The notes below the pieces were generated by a model. The model did not search any database and was not told the origin of the DNA. It saw only the letters and a list, made by a program, of their open reading frames with translations. Both the position numbers and the translations under genes were made by a program. A stretch of DNA of 64,000 bases from Terriglobia bacterium (GTDB lineage Bacteria; Acidobacteriota; Terriglobia; 2-12-FULL-54-10), in assembly GCA_963666975.2 (NCBI GenBank), contig CAXVYR010000004.1, positions 1,568,001-1,632,000 on the forward strand, given 5' to 3'. Position 1 is the first letter of the stretch; each line of letters starts with the position of its first letter. Shown one piece after another: positions 42,244 through 53,497 of the stretch.

Positions 42244-42827
42244 CCGGTGTTTGCAAGCTGGTTGTAGATCTGACGGTTCATTGTTATCGAACTTGCCCTC
42301 TATGAGATTAAGCTTAATGCCAGCGTCACCATTCAGTTGTGAAGTCGTCCTGCGGGCTCTTTCCGTCAGCGAAACCAGAAGCTTTCCCCTTTGCACAAGA
42401 GAGCAATTTTTGAATTTCCGGTCTATAGATGGAGAAGACATATTCGGATCAAAAAGACCATTCATATCCTGCGACAAGATTGATGCCGGGGGAGTCGATA
42501 CCTGAACCATGGTACCGATAGCGCTTGTTTGCCATATTCTCCAGTGCAATTGTGAATCTGCCAAGGCGATTGAACTCCATTCCGCCGCGGAGATTAAAGG
42601 TTAAAAAACCTGGAGTCCCCCCGACAGGTATTCGCGGGTCTTCGACGTCGCCTGGCGCTAGCCTGTCTTGTCTGGAGGCAAACAGATTGTAGAATTCAAT
42701 CCAGAGATTCTCTTCAGGTGTCCACTTGAGCCCGAATACTCCCTTGATTGGAGGTATTCGCCGGAGGGGATGATGAGTAATTGTGTTTATCCCTCTGATC
42801 CAACTGATATTTCCACGGAGGAGCCAA

Positions 42828-44271
42828 GAGGGTGTCCCATACATAGTTGAAGGTTGAACGGCGGTTCGGCCCGAATCGAATAGAATCGGGCCAAGCCTAA
42901 ATCCTATAGAAGGAGAACCGCCGAATGAAGGGAAAATATCACGTTTTGGAACTGGGTTCCAAGGGAGCCGAAGAAACCATCCAGAAGTTTTGCCAAACCA
43001 ACGGACAGATGCTGTTGCCGGTGGTGGATCTGATCACGGAGGCGCGTCTGGCGGTGGATGAGGTGATTGATCGGGCCGGGCGAGGTTTGATTGAAACGAT
43101 TCTGAGCATGAGCGCAGAGCAAATCGCGGGGCCAAAGAGTCCCGGGAAGGCGAGCGGAGAGGTGCGCTGGCATGGCCGGCAATTGGGGAGGGTGAAACTG
43201 GCCGATCGCCAGCTGCGGGTGGAGCGGCCGAGGCTGCGCCGGAAGGGCGGAGGGGAAGAAGCGGTGCCGGCCTACGAAGCACTGCGGAAAAGCGAGAAGA
43301 CGGGCGAGGAGATGTTCGAGGCACTGTTGAAAGGGGTTTCGACGCGGAACTACCGCGAGGTGATCCCGGAGATGGCCAACAGCGCTGGGGTGTCGAAGTC
43401 TCAGGTGAGCCGGGAAGCGGCCGAGCAAGGAGCGCGGCGGCTGGAAGAACTGTTGGCGCGGCGCTGGGAGGAGGTCGAGATTCTGGTGATTTACCTGGAC
43501 GGAATGCGGTTCGGCTCCCACCACGTCATCAGCGCCGTGGGCGTGGACATCGAGGGCCGCAAGCATGTGCTGGGGATTCAACTGGGCGCGACCGAAAACG
43601 CCGCTGCGGTGAAAGACCTTCTCACCCGCCTGCGCCAGCAAGGTTTGCGCACGGATCAGCGCTATCTGTTTGTGATCGACGGCGCCAAAGCGCTCCGCGC
43701 GGGGATCGAGGAAGTATTCGGCAGCAATCAGCTGGTGCAGCGTTGCCGTACTCATAAGCTGCGCAACGTGGCTGAGCGGTTACCAAAGGGCGACAAAATG
43801 CTGGCGAATCAGGTGCGGTCGCTGATGCGCGCCGCCTGGCGATTGCCCCAAGCCGAGGAAGGCATCGTGCGCATAAAAAAGCTCGCTGGGATGATCGAGT
43901 GCGATCATCCGGCAGCAGCCGCCAGCTTGCGCGAAGGGTTGGAGGAGACCTTTACGATCAATCGAGCCGACGTTCCTCCCAGCCTCCACCGCTGCCTGGC
44001 AACCACGAACCTCATCGAGAGCCCGCAGTCGGGCGTGCGGAAAAAGACTGGCAATGTTTGCCGCTGGCGCGACGGCGAGATGACGTTGCGCTGGGTAAGC
44101 GTTTCTGCTGACCGGGAAGAATTTCCGGAAGATCATGGGTTATCACGATCTCTGGGCTTTGGCTTCGATTCTCGGCCGAAGTCCAAACGCTGCTTCCTCT
44201 CACAAGGAGAAAGTGGCGTAATATGAACTCAACCCGCCGTCCCAACCTGCAACTGAGTTTGGGACACCTTC
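42828..44271 (+). mobile_element. IS256 family insertion sequence
   Basis: TIRs GAGGGTGTCCCATACATAGTTGAAGGTTG / GAAGGTGTCCCAAACTCAGTTGCAGGTTG; 8-bp TSD GGAGCCAA (42820-42827, 44272-44279). Confidence 0.93.
42925..44226 (+). CDS. IS256 (Mutator) transposase, frameshifted near C-terminus (~44100)
   Basis: GVSTR, YLDG, VIDGAKAL, QRC..HK.RN, TTNLIES; KNFRKIMGY tail out of frame. Confidence 0.9.
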   Translation: MKGKYHVLELGSKGAEETIQKFCQTNGQMLLPVVDLITEARLAVDEVIDRAGRGLIETILSMSAEQIAGPKSPGKASGEVRWHGRQLGRVKLADRQLRVERPRLRRKGGGEEAVPAYEALRKSEKTGEEMFEALLKGVSTRNYREVIPEMANSAGVSKSQVSREAAEQGARRLEELLARRWEEVEILVIYLDGMRFGSHHVISAVGVDIEGRKHVLGIQLGATENAAAVKDLLTRLRQQGLRTDQRYLFVIDGAKALRAGIEEVFGSNQLVQRCRTHKLRNVAERLPKGDKMLANQVRSLMRAAWRLPQAEEGIVRIKKLAGMIECDHPAAAASLREGLEETFTINRADVPPSLHRCLATTNLIESPQSGVRKKTGNVCRWRDGEMTLRWVSVSADREEFPEDHGLSRSLGFGFDSRPKSKRCFLSQGESGVI

Positions 44272-44359
44272 GGAGCCAATCCTGGTGAAGCTGAACATTC
44301 GTGTCCATTTCGAACCCCTGGATACGCGCCTCCCCTATGTTCTGTCTCTGGAAGATGCT

Positions 44360-44460
44360 ATTGAACATTTCATAATATAGTGACATTTCCACAGGCTACA
44401 AAAGCCCTATAGAAGGCCGCCCAGCGAATCTAAGTGTTACTATATTATGTAAACCTCAAC
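44360..44460. mobile_element. ~100-bp MITE-like insert
   Basis: 29-bp imperfect TIRs (22/29) containing CATAATATAGT; excision restores the frame at a CTAG site. Confidence 0.7.
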
Positions 44461-46158
44461 AGATTCCCCCTCATCCTGGATTCCGTTGTTGTTTAAATCC
44501 AGGAACGATAGGTTTCCAAAGGTCCCGCGCGTGCGTTGAATCAGATCTTTGTACTTGCTGATGAAATAAGACACCGTCCCGGAGAACTTGTTGTGCTGCG
44601 CCTTCATTCCGATCTCATAATTCAGGCTTTTCTCCGAACTAAGATGAGCATTCGGAACTTCGAATCCAACGCCAAAACTTCCCAGGATCGTCGAGTCATC
44701 TATGTTCGGTGCCCGGAATCCTTGAGCTATCCCGAAGAAGAGGCCCAAATTTCCTTTTAGCTTATACATACCATACGCACTACTCGTTAAAGCCCTGGGA
44801 TGGGAATCTATTTGGAGGGAACGCACCTCAGAATCAGAGGCGACAGCATGCGTATGAAAACGGCTGTATCGAACACCGAGGTTGAAAGATAAGGATTCGG
44901 AAACCGAAATCTCGTCTTGCAAAAAGGCGGCAAAAGATCGGTAGATCGAACCGTCAACGAACGTTCCTGCCTTCGTGGTCCGCACACCGGATACGCGATC
45001 GACATCGACTCTTCGACTGATCACACGGTCGCTGTAATAGTCAGTGCCGTACGTCAGCAGTTGCCGTTCACCGAGCGGAGTACGCAATTGAATGGTGAAC
45101 CCTTTCGATTGGACCTCGTCGCGATGCTCTCTCTCGGTGTTCGGTTGCGCTCCCTGAATTCTGTTGAACCGTTCCAGTTGGTTTTGGTAGGACACGCCCA
45201 CACGAAGGGAGGAGATGAAGGGAACAGGATTCTGGAACTCGTATTGGAGATACGCCAGATCTCTCCTTTGCGGATTCCATTCATACTTCAGGTCGCGGCC
45301 TGATAACAACACGTCCGTTCTGGAGACATTGTTCTGTCGGACCCGTTGTACTGCGAGCACCACATTTTGTTGGCCGGAGAGGCTGTAGGACAGTTTGAGA
45401 TCCCCATCCTGTTCGCCGTAGGCTGTAAAGTCTTGCAGTCCGGTTCCGCCGCCTGCCCGAAGATCGCCAAAATGCTTAAGGCTCATGCCCCCAGTGAAGC
45501 CAAGCTTTCGGAAATTGCCGCTGACCTCCAGCCGCCCGACCCCTGACCTGTCCGCACTGGCAAACCGGCCAAAGGCCCGTGCGTTCATGGCAGAGTCGGT
45601 GGGGGAACCTGCTTTGGACTTTGTTATGATATTGATTAAACCTCCCAAAGCGTCGCTGCCGTACAGGACCGATCCCACGCCTCGAACCACCTCAATTCTT
45701 TCCACTTGATTCACGTCAATAGTATTCAGGTATTGGTTGGGCCCCAGGCGGAAGATCGCGTTCCCGGGAAGGCGAGCGGAGAGATTCAGCCTGATTCCAT
45801 CAACCAAAACCAAAATCTGATTGCCGATCAGTCCTCGAATGACGGGGGCGCCCCCTCCGTAATTTGTCTCCTGGACCAGAACGCCGACCACCTCGTTCAG
45901 CGCTTCCGGGACGGTGCGGTAGTTTCTCTGCCGGATTTGCTCGGCAGTGACGACCGATACCGACCGCGGCGAGTCGATATCTTTCTGTTCACGACGTGCC
46001 GCCGACACGACAGTAACGTCCATCAGCTCGTCTAAGCTCATCTCTGACAAGTCCTTGACCGCACTTGGACCTTGACCGAACAGAGCATGTTCACTGAAGG
46101 TAAGCACCAAGAGCGCTAGCACGCATAAGTGCATTCTGGGTTTCATAAAGAGCGCTTC

Positions 46159-46446
46159 TTACTTCCTATCCCCGATTTCCGTAGCCGGGGAGTCCAGCGT
46201 GGGGGAATCATAGACTCCAAAGACTGTTGTAGAAAAAGCAGGGGCCTACATGAGGATTTGCCCCCTCGCCGAGTTGTGAGAGACATGGCACAAGGTGCAG
46301 CTCCCGCCCGAACTGGGAATGTCGTGAACTGTGCTAATGACAGTGCTTTTGTCATTCACTTGCTGCCCAAAAGCAGATGTCATCAGGCCTGCAACAAACA
46401 GCGCCACTATTACCACCCCGAAATACTTAGCGGACTTCAACCTCAT
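46159..46446 (-). pseudogene. Truncated multihaem-type cytochrome c
   Basis: Signal peptide, HD..CTLCHVSHN, in-frame TAG at likely Trp, then F..YDSPTLD; ends early. Confidence 0.6.
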
Positions 46447-46519
46447 GCGAGCCTCTCGGGGAGCCGAATTTTCTCTCGAAACCTAAAGACTTCGCCTTTT
46501 CAACAAGGAATCTTAAGGA

Positions 46520-46681
46520 TCACACTGTGCTGACCTCAACCATCATCAATTCTTCCAGGCTCAATTGGGTGAAATCCTGAGCAGCCCAGGCCTCCACTTG
46601 GAATTCTTTCAATACCAGCCCCGGCAATCCTAGCAGCGCCAGCCATAGGCAAATTGCCAGCCTTACGGCTTGGCCCTTAAC
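46520..46681 (-). pseudogene. Duplicated 5' fragment of the TBDR at 40218-42229
   Basis: Diverged copy; ATG is GTA; stops after EVSTV. Confidence 0.8.
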
Positions 46682-47076
46682 AACCACACGAGATGAAATC
46701 GTACCCATCAGAACTGTCCTCCTGTAAGCTATAAAATACATGGTCCCTTTGGCTTGCGAAGCTGAGTAGGGTGCAAGCTACAAATAGCCGAAAACTTTAT
46801 GCTATCCAGGAAAAACTTGTCGGCAGAAAACTGTATCCTGTTGAATTATTTATATCTAATAATCGCTGCCGCATTTGCCGGATGCGGTTGCCGGATGTAG
46901 TCGCCGGATGAAGCACCGTAGCAGTGCCCCCCTGACCTCTTTTTGAGCAGATGGAGGTTTTGTCTCAGAGAGAGAATGAAAGTCTCCTCACGGCTGAGCA
47001 GCCCAATGGGGTCGTGCGGGACTTCCGTATATCGTGTACAAACTGGGAATGTGGAGGCCTATTACTGCAGCAGGCG

Positions 47077-47451
47077 CTACAACTCCGCCTCAAGTACCTC
47101 TAAATGAAACGGTTTAGAGATATAGGAGGTAAAGCCAGCCTCTAGCATTTTCTTACGATCACCCAGCATCGCATAGGCAGTCACGGCAATCACGGGAAAG
47201 GTGGCGTATTGGGGATTCTCGCGGATTCGCTGGATGAGCCCCATGCCGTCCAGCTTCGGCATCTGGATGTCTATCAAAGCAAGGTCCGGCTTGCTCTGCT
47301 CAATTTTTTGGAGCGCTTCCTCGCCATCGCTGGCCACGATCGCTTCGTACCCCATGCTGAGGAGCATTTCCTCCAGCAGTTCACGATTGATTGGGTTGTC
47401 ATCGGCGATGAGGATTTTCTGCGATTTTGAATTGCCATCGATCGTCTTCAT
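47077..47451 (-). CDS. Single-domain response regulator (DivK-like)
   Basis: IADDN, LIDIQMP.LDG, AVTAYAM, YISKP. Confidence 0.9.
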   Translation of the reverse strand: MKTIDGNSKSQKILIADDNPINRELLEEMLLSMGYEAIVASDGEEALQKIEQSKPDLALIDIQMPKLDGMGLIQRIRENPQYATFPVIAVTAYAMLGDRKKMLEAGFTSYISKPFHLEVLEAEL

Positions 47452-47927
47452 TCCAAGTATCGCTTAACCGGGATTTTTCCTGTCATGTTTTTCCAGATGT
47501 AAGAACATACACTTGCCAACCCGCCGATTCAAGCACAAATCGCCGCGGCCTGTTTTTGGATGCATCGCGGTTCTATTTGTTCCTTTTGGTTGTCCCTTCT
47601 GGTTGCCTTTTCTGGCTGGGCTGTGGGATTCTGCATGCAGTCGAATATCTGCCGGATCATAGAAATGACACGTTCTGTTTGGAACCTTGATCCAAGGTCA
47701 CAATTCCGCGCCGTGTCAAACTAAGGTATTATCATCGGCAGATTTCATTTTCCTCTTGAGGTGCTATATTGCATAGTAGAATAGGGCTAGTCACCAAATG
47801 GCGGAGGTATGGGCACCGAGTTTTACGCTAATCATTAAATTGTCCCCTGGCAACGGCTCTTGCGTCCAATCCAGACAATCGCAGCTTCGCGAAAGTGCGC
47901 AATCGGTTTTCCGGGAGGGTCTCTGCA

Positions 47928-50441
47928 ATGTCGGTAGCGTTAAGAACAGCGTTAACAACCTTGCTGGGTTGGATGGCAATCGCACTGGCCGGGGCTGGCT
48001 ACCTTCATGCAGCCAGCCAGGAGGCATCGAACGCCGTTCCGCAGGCCGCTTCTCATTACAGCGCCGTACTGAACCGCTACTGCATCACCTGCCACAACGA
48101 GAAGCTGAAGACCGCAGACCTGGTTCTGAGCAAGCTGGACATCGCCAACCCTGGCGCGGACGCCCCGGTATGGGAAAAGGTGGCGCGCAAACTGCGGACC
48201 GGGCAGATGCCTCCTGCGGGGATGCCGCGGCCGGAGCAGGCCTTTTACGATGACTTTGCCGCCTATCTGGAAACCGCGCTGGACCGCCTTTTACGATGAC
48301 TTTGCCGCCTATCTGGAAACCGCGCCGCCGCAGCCAAGCCCAATCCCGGCAGGCCCGCCGTCCATCGCCTGAACCGCGCCGAGTACACCAATGCCGTCCG
48401 CGACTTGCTCGCGACCAATATCGACGGCGCGTCGCTTCTTCCAGCCGACGACGCCAGCCGGGGCTTTGACAACATTGCAGATATCCTCTCGGTCTCGCCG
48501 CTGCTGGTGGAGCGTTACATGTCGGCGGCGCGCAAAATCAGCCGCCTCGCCGTCGGCGACCCCAATGTCCGCCCATTCACTGCGGAATACAATGTTTCCA
48601 GGCGCCTTGTGCAAGACGACCGCATGAGCGAAGACCTCCCGTTCGGGTCGTTCGGGGGAACTGCGATTCGCCATCACTTTCCGCTCGACGGCGAGTACCT
48701 CATCAAGGTCCGCTTGCAAAGGAACAACGACAATTACATCCGCGGCCTGGGCGAGCCGCACCAACTTGATGTCCGGCTGGATGGCGCCAGACTCCAGTTG
48801 TTCACGATTGGCGGCGAGCACAAGGGCAGGTCGGGGCCGGTTTATGCCTTCATCAATAAAGATTACTTGGGAGACCCCGCGCAAGAGAAATATGAGTTTT
48901 CGGCGGATGCGGGATTGGAAGTGCGTTTCCAGGCCAAGGCGGGCACGCGGCTGGTGGGAGTCGCTTTCCTGAACCAGCCCTCTGAGCCGGAGGGCAAGCT
49001 GATGCCGCGCCAGTTTTATGATGACCTCCTTTCGTTTAAGGGAGGCGACCCTGCCGTTGACAACGTTTCGATCAGCGGCCCCTTTAACCCCAAAGGGCTG
49101 GGCGACACACCCAGCCGCCGCAAAATCTTCGTGTGCAACCCCGCCGGCACCGTCATCGCTGACGAGGAGCCCTGCGCCAAAAGGGTTCTCTCCACGCTGG
49201 CGCGCCGCGCTTATCGCCGGCCTGTCACCGAGGCAGACGTCCTCACGCTGCTCCAATTCTACAAGGTGGGCCGCAGCCAAGGCGGCTTTGAAGCGGGCAT
49301 CGGGACGGCGATTCAAGGAATACTGGTCAGCCCGGAGTTTCTGTTCCGCATGGAACGCGATCCGGAGCGCGATACTGGGAGCAATGCCGGAAACGTTGCG
49401 CCCGGAACCGCATATCCGGTCAGCGACCTGGATATAGCCTCCCGCTTGTCGTTTTTTCTCTGGAGCAGCATACCCGATGACCAGCTTCTGGATTTGGCCG
49501 AGCGCGGCAAGCTCAGCGATCCCGCGGTGCTGGAACAGCAGGTGATTCGGATGCTCGCCGACTCCCGCTCGAAGGCGCTGGTCGGGAACTTCACCGAACA
49601 GTGGCTGGGCCTGCGCAAACTGGGCACGGTCTCTCCGGACCCGAAGGTGTTTCCCGATTTTGACGACAACTTGCGCGAGGCGCTGCAGCAGGAAACAAAG
49701 CTTTTCGCTGAAAGCATTGCGCGGGAGGATCGCAGCGTACTGGATTTCTTGCGCGCCGACTACACCTTCCTCAACGAACGGCTGGCGCGGCACTATGGGA
49801 TTCAGAAAGTTTACGGCTCAGGCTTTCGGCGTGTGACGCTGGCTGACGACGCAAGGAAAGGCTTGCTGGGCCAGGGCAGCATTCTGACGGCGACCTCCTA
49901 CGCCAACCGAACCTCCCCGACCCTGCGCGGCAAGTGGGTGCTCGAAAATATTCTGGGCACGCCACCGCCGCCTCCGCCGCCGAACGTTCCGTCCCTGAAG
50001 GAAGAAAACGGCGGCAACAACCGTGTTCTGACAATGCGCGAACGATTGGAGCAGCACCGCGTGAATCCCTCCTGCGCGGTCTGCCACACGCGGATGGACC
50101 CGCTGGGCTTCGCGCTGGATAACTTTGACGCCATCGGCCGGTGGCGAACCACCGAGGGCGCGACACCTGTTGATTCTTCGGGAACGCTCCCCGACGGCGC
50201 CAAGTTTCAGGGTCCGTCTGGGCTTCGGCAGATACTGCTGAGCCGGCGCGAGCAGTTTGTCCGGACCGTTACGGAGAAACTTCTCATGTATGCCCTGGGC
50301 CGCGGGCTAGAATATACCGATGAGCCGGCCGTCCGCGGGATCATGCGGGCCGCCGCTCCGAGCGACTACCGCTGGTCGTCGCTTGTTTTGGGAATTGCCA
50401 AAAGCACGCCATTCCAGATGAGGAGGTCGAGCGAGCCATGA
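47928..50441 (+). pseudogene. DUF1592-type cytochrome c protein (triad 2), TGA introduced by a 36-bp duplication
   Basis: CITCH and CAVCH; paralog of 24484-26829; both ORF pieces in the same frame, split by insert 48288-48323. Confidence 0.85.
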
Positions 50442-51790
50442 TGGTTTTCAAGAAGGTGATCCCGCGCCGCACGTTTTTGCGAGGGGCCGGCGCCACGCTG
50501 GCGCTGCCTTTGCTGGACGGAATGGTTCCGGCATTCGCCGGAGCGCTGGACGCAACGGCAAAACCGGCGGTCCGCCTGTCCATTGTCTTTGTTCCAAACG
50601 GCAGAATCATGGACCATTGGTCGCCGAAGGAGGAGGGCGCCGCTTTCAAGCTGCCTTCCATCCTGGAGCCGCTGGCTGCGTTTCAGGACCGCCTGCTGGT
50701 GCTGAGCGAACTTTCCAGCATGCCGAACGAGCAACTGCTGCGGTCGATTGGATTGGACGCGGGACCGCATTCGACAGCCAGCGGCATCTTCCTGACGGGC
50801 GTTTATCCGAAGCCGAACGGGCAGGCGGGGATTTCCGTGGACCAGATCGCAGCGAAGGAACTCGGCAAATACACCCAGATGGCTTCGCTCGAACTTTCCC
50901 TGGAGTCCGGCGAGACCGGCGGCGGAGGCGACGGCGCCGACAGCGACGCCTACCTCAATACGATGTCGTGGCGCAGCGCCACGACGCCGCTCCCGGTGGA
51001 AAACAATCCGCGCAGTGTGTTCGAGCGCCTGTTCGGGGATAGCGACAGCACCGACCCGGCAGAGCGTCTCCGCCGCATGCAGCAAGACCGCAGCATTCTC
51101 GACATCGTAACGGGGCAGGTGTCCCGTCTCGCGACGGGACTCGGCCCCAGCGACCGCGCCAAACTCACCGAGTATCTCGACGCCATTCGCGATGTCGAGC
51201 GGCGCATCCACAGGGCCGAAAAAACAAATCCCCGGGAACTGCCCGTGATGGAGCGGCCCGCGGGCATACCGGCCGATTATGAAGAGCACGCCAGGTTGAT
51301 GTTCGATTTGCAGGTGCTGGCCTATCAGAGCGACATGACCCGCGTCATCACCTTCGCGATGGCGCGCGAAAAGAGCGAGCGGGCCTACCGCGAGATCGGC
51401 CTGGAGGAAGGCCACCATGCGCTGACCCACCATGGCTACAATGCCGCCATGATGGCCAAGTGCGTCCAGCTTGAGACCTACCAATCCCGGCAGTTCGCCT
51501 ACTTCCTGGAGAAGATGCAGTCCACGCCAGACGGCGACGGCTCCCTGCTGGACCACTCGGTCATCCTCTTCGCCAGCAGCATCAGCGACGGGCACGCGCA
51601 TTTCCGCGGCAACCTCCCCGTGGTCATGGCGGGCGGAGGAGCAGGCCAAATCAAGGGAGGCCGTCACATCCGGTATGCTAAAGAGACCCCCTTGGCGAAT
51701 CTGTTCTTGACCGTTTTGGACATGACCGGCGTTCGTGTGGAGAACTTCGGCGACAGCACCGGGAAACTGGAGATGCTTTCGGTTGTGTAG
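50438..51790 (+). CDS. DUF1552 (HXXSHH) protein (triad 2)
   Basis: PRRTFLRG leader, FVPNG, SVDQIAA, HALTHH. Confidence 0.9.
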   Translation: MMVFKKVIPRRTFLRGAGATLALPLLDGMVPAFAGALDATAKPAVRLSIVFVPNGRIMDHWSPKEEGAAFKLPSILEPLAAFQDRLLVLSELSSMPNEQLLRSIGLDAGPHSTASGIFLTGVYPKPNGQAGISVDQIAAKELGKYTQMASLELSLESGETGGGGDGADSDAYLNTMSWRSATTPLPVENNPRSVFERLFGDSDSTDPAERLRRMQQDRSILDIVTGQVSRLATGLGPSDRAKLTEYLDAIRDVERRIHRAEKTNPRELPVMERPAGIPADYEEHARLMFDLQVLAYQSDMTRVITFAMAREKSERAYREIGLEEGHHALTHHGYNAAMMAKCVQLETYQSRQFAYFLEKMQSTPDGDGSLLDHSVILFASSISDGHAHFRGNLPVVMAGGGAGQIKGGRHIRYAKETPLANLFLTVLDMTGVRVENFGDSTGKLEMLSVV

Positions 51791-51841
51791 ACGCTGCTGA
51801 GAACATGTGCTCGCCGGAAGTTGAATGGAGGAAGAACAACG

Positions 51842-53497
51842 GTGGACATCAGAGGCAAAGTGAAAAGCCTGGGTATTTGCCTGGGTATTTGGTGGATGCC
51901 ATCTCTTTTTTTTGTAGCCACACTGGCCGCCGCCGAAGGCGATCTCCGTCTGGTGAACGCGGCCAAGAACAGAGATCGCGAAGCCGTGCAATCTCTCCTG
52001 CAACAGCAGGTCGATGTGAACACGCCCCAGCCGGACGGCGCGACCGCGCTGGCCTGGGCGGCGCATTGGAATGATCTGGAAACGGCCGATCTTCTGATTC
52101 GCGCCGGAGCCGGCGTGAACGCCGCGAACGATTACGGCGTAACGCCTCTCGCGCTGGCGTGCAGCAAGGGCAGCGCCGCGATGGTGGAAAAGCTGCTCCA
52201 GGCCGGGGCGGATCCGAACGCTGCCCAATGGACGGGAGTGACGCCGCTGATGACCTGCGCCCGCACGGGCAGCGCAGACGCGGTGAAGTCTCTGCTGGCA
52301 AGGCAAGCGGGCGTCAACGCGAAAGAAACGAGGCGGGGGCAGACGGCTTTGATGTGGGCGGCGGCTCAAAAAAACTTGGAAGTCGCCCGGCTGCTGACCG
52401 AGTATGGAGCCGACGTCAATGCCAAATCGCATATGCCGGGCGGGTTCACACCCTTGCAGTTTCTTACCTACGGGGTGAGCCGGCGCGATCCCAGCGGTCC
52501 CGACAAGCTCGAACCGGGCGATGTCCATCCAGACCCTTCGAGTTCCATGGGCGGTTTTACTGCGTTGATGTTTGCCGCCCGTCAGGGCGACCTGGACTCT
52601 GCCCGCCTGCTGGTGGATGCGGGAGCGAACGTGAACGCCTCCTCTCCTGATTACGGCAGCGCATTGGTGGTGGCGGCCTCCAGCGGCCACGAGCCGGTGG
52701 CGCTGTTCCTGCTGGAGAATGGCGCGGATCCCAACGTGGCGGACATTTGGGGATTTGCCCCGTTACACTACGCGCTGGCGGACGGGATCACAGCCATCGG
52801 CATGTCCAGAAAAAGAATTCCCACCGACCGCTATTGGTTGCGGTCCAACATGCCGGAACTGGTGAAGTCGCTCCTGGAACAGGGAGTGAACCCGAACGCC
52901 CGAGTCGCGAAGGGCTTCCCGCCTTTCAACTACGCGCCGTTTGCCCGCACGATCGGCAATGCCATGCCTCAAATCAGGCAGCCTGGCGCGACACCATTCC
53001 TGCTGGCAGCCGCTTCCTTTGACGCCCGCCTCATGCGCCTCCTGCACTCCCACGGAGCCGATCCGTTGCTCACCACCGATGAGGGTACGACGCCCCTGAT
53101 GGTGGCCGCCGGGATGGGCCGGCTTGATGAACTCACCGAGGAAGAAAAGAAGATGGCTATGGAAGCCGTCAAGCTGGCGGTGGAGCTGGGCGGCGATGTC
53201 GATGTGGCGAACGTGAATGCAGCTTACGTCAATGCCTCAAACCAGGACGGCCGGACCGCGCTGGCGGCGGCGGCCTACCTGGGAGCGAATTCCATTATCC
53301 AGTTCCTGGCGGACCAGGGAGCCGATCTGGAGGCGACCGACAGGTACGAACAGACGGCGCTCAGCATCGCGCAAGCTATTCCCCCGAAAATAAAGGGGAA
53401 CGATAAACGCTTCCACGGAGGCAGCCCCCGTAAAGATACAGCGGCCCTTCTTCTTAAACTGGGCGCCACCCCACAGCCCGCACGGAAGATGGAATGA
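51842..53497 (+). CDS. Exported ankyrin-repeat protein (triad 2)
   Basis: Signal peptide; paralog of 21400-22905 (QPDGATAL..A..DLETA.LLIRAGA). Confidence 0.9.
   Translation: MDIRGKVKSLGICLGIWWMPSLFFVATLAAAEGDLRLVNAAKNRDREAVQSLLQQQVDVNTPQPDGATALAWAAHWNDLETADLLIRAGAGVNAANDYGVTPLALACSKGSAAMVEKLLQAGADPNAAQWTGVTPLMTCARTGSADAVKSLLARQAGVNAKETRRGQTALMWAAAQKNLEVARLLTEYGADVNAKSHMPGGFTPLQFLTYGVSRRDPSGPDKLEPGDVHPDPSSSMGGFTALMFAARQGDLDSARLLVDAGANVNASSPDYGSALVVAASSGHEPVALFLLENGADPNVADIWGFAPLHYALADGITAIGMSRKRIPTDRYWLRSNMPELVKSLLEQGVNPNARVAKGFPPFNYAPFARTIGNAMPQIRQPGATPFLLAAASFDARLMRLLHSHGADPLLTTDEGTTPLMVAAGMGRLDELTEEEKKMAMEAVKLAVELGGDVDVANVNAAYVNASNQDGRTALAAAAYLGANSIIQFLADQGADLEATDRYEQTALSIAQAIPPKIKGNDKRFHGGSPRKDTAALLLKLGATPQPARKME

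Larger units (their letters stand above)
42449..46146 (-). pseudogene. TonB-dependent receptor interrupted by IS256 and a MITE
   Basis: Removing both inserts restores ..DEGESSIFQRQN..QDWLLRGNISW..YEWSF. Confidence 0.85.

Noticed and set aside
46246-46248. Pyrrolysine readthrough of TAG
   Set aside because: The position fits a TGG>TAG mutation, the gene is truncated anyway, and no pyl genes are in the window.
42086-46681. Diversity-generating retroelement TR/VR pair
   Set aside because: Differences are not adenine-specific and there is no reverse transcriptase.
48297-48299. Selenocysteine recoding of the in-frame TGA
   Set aside because: The TGA lies in a duplicated segment absent from the paralog and does not align to a Cys.
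50366-52690. 774-aa minus-strand ORF and similar long antisense ORFs (52-1134, 12631-13812, 18352-19671, 29246-30973)
   Set aside because: Shadow ORFs of well-supported genes in high-GC DNA; no recognisable motifs.
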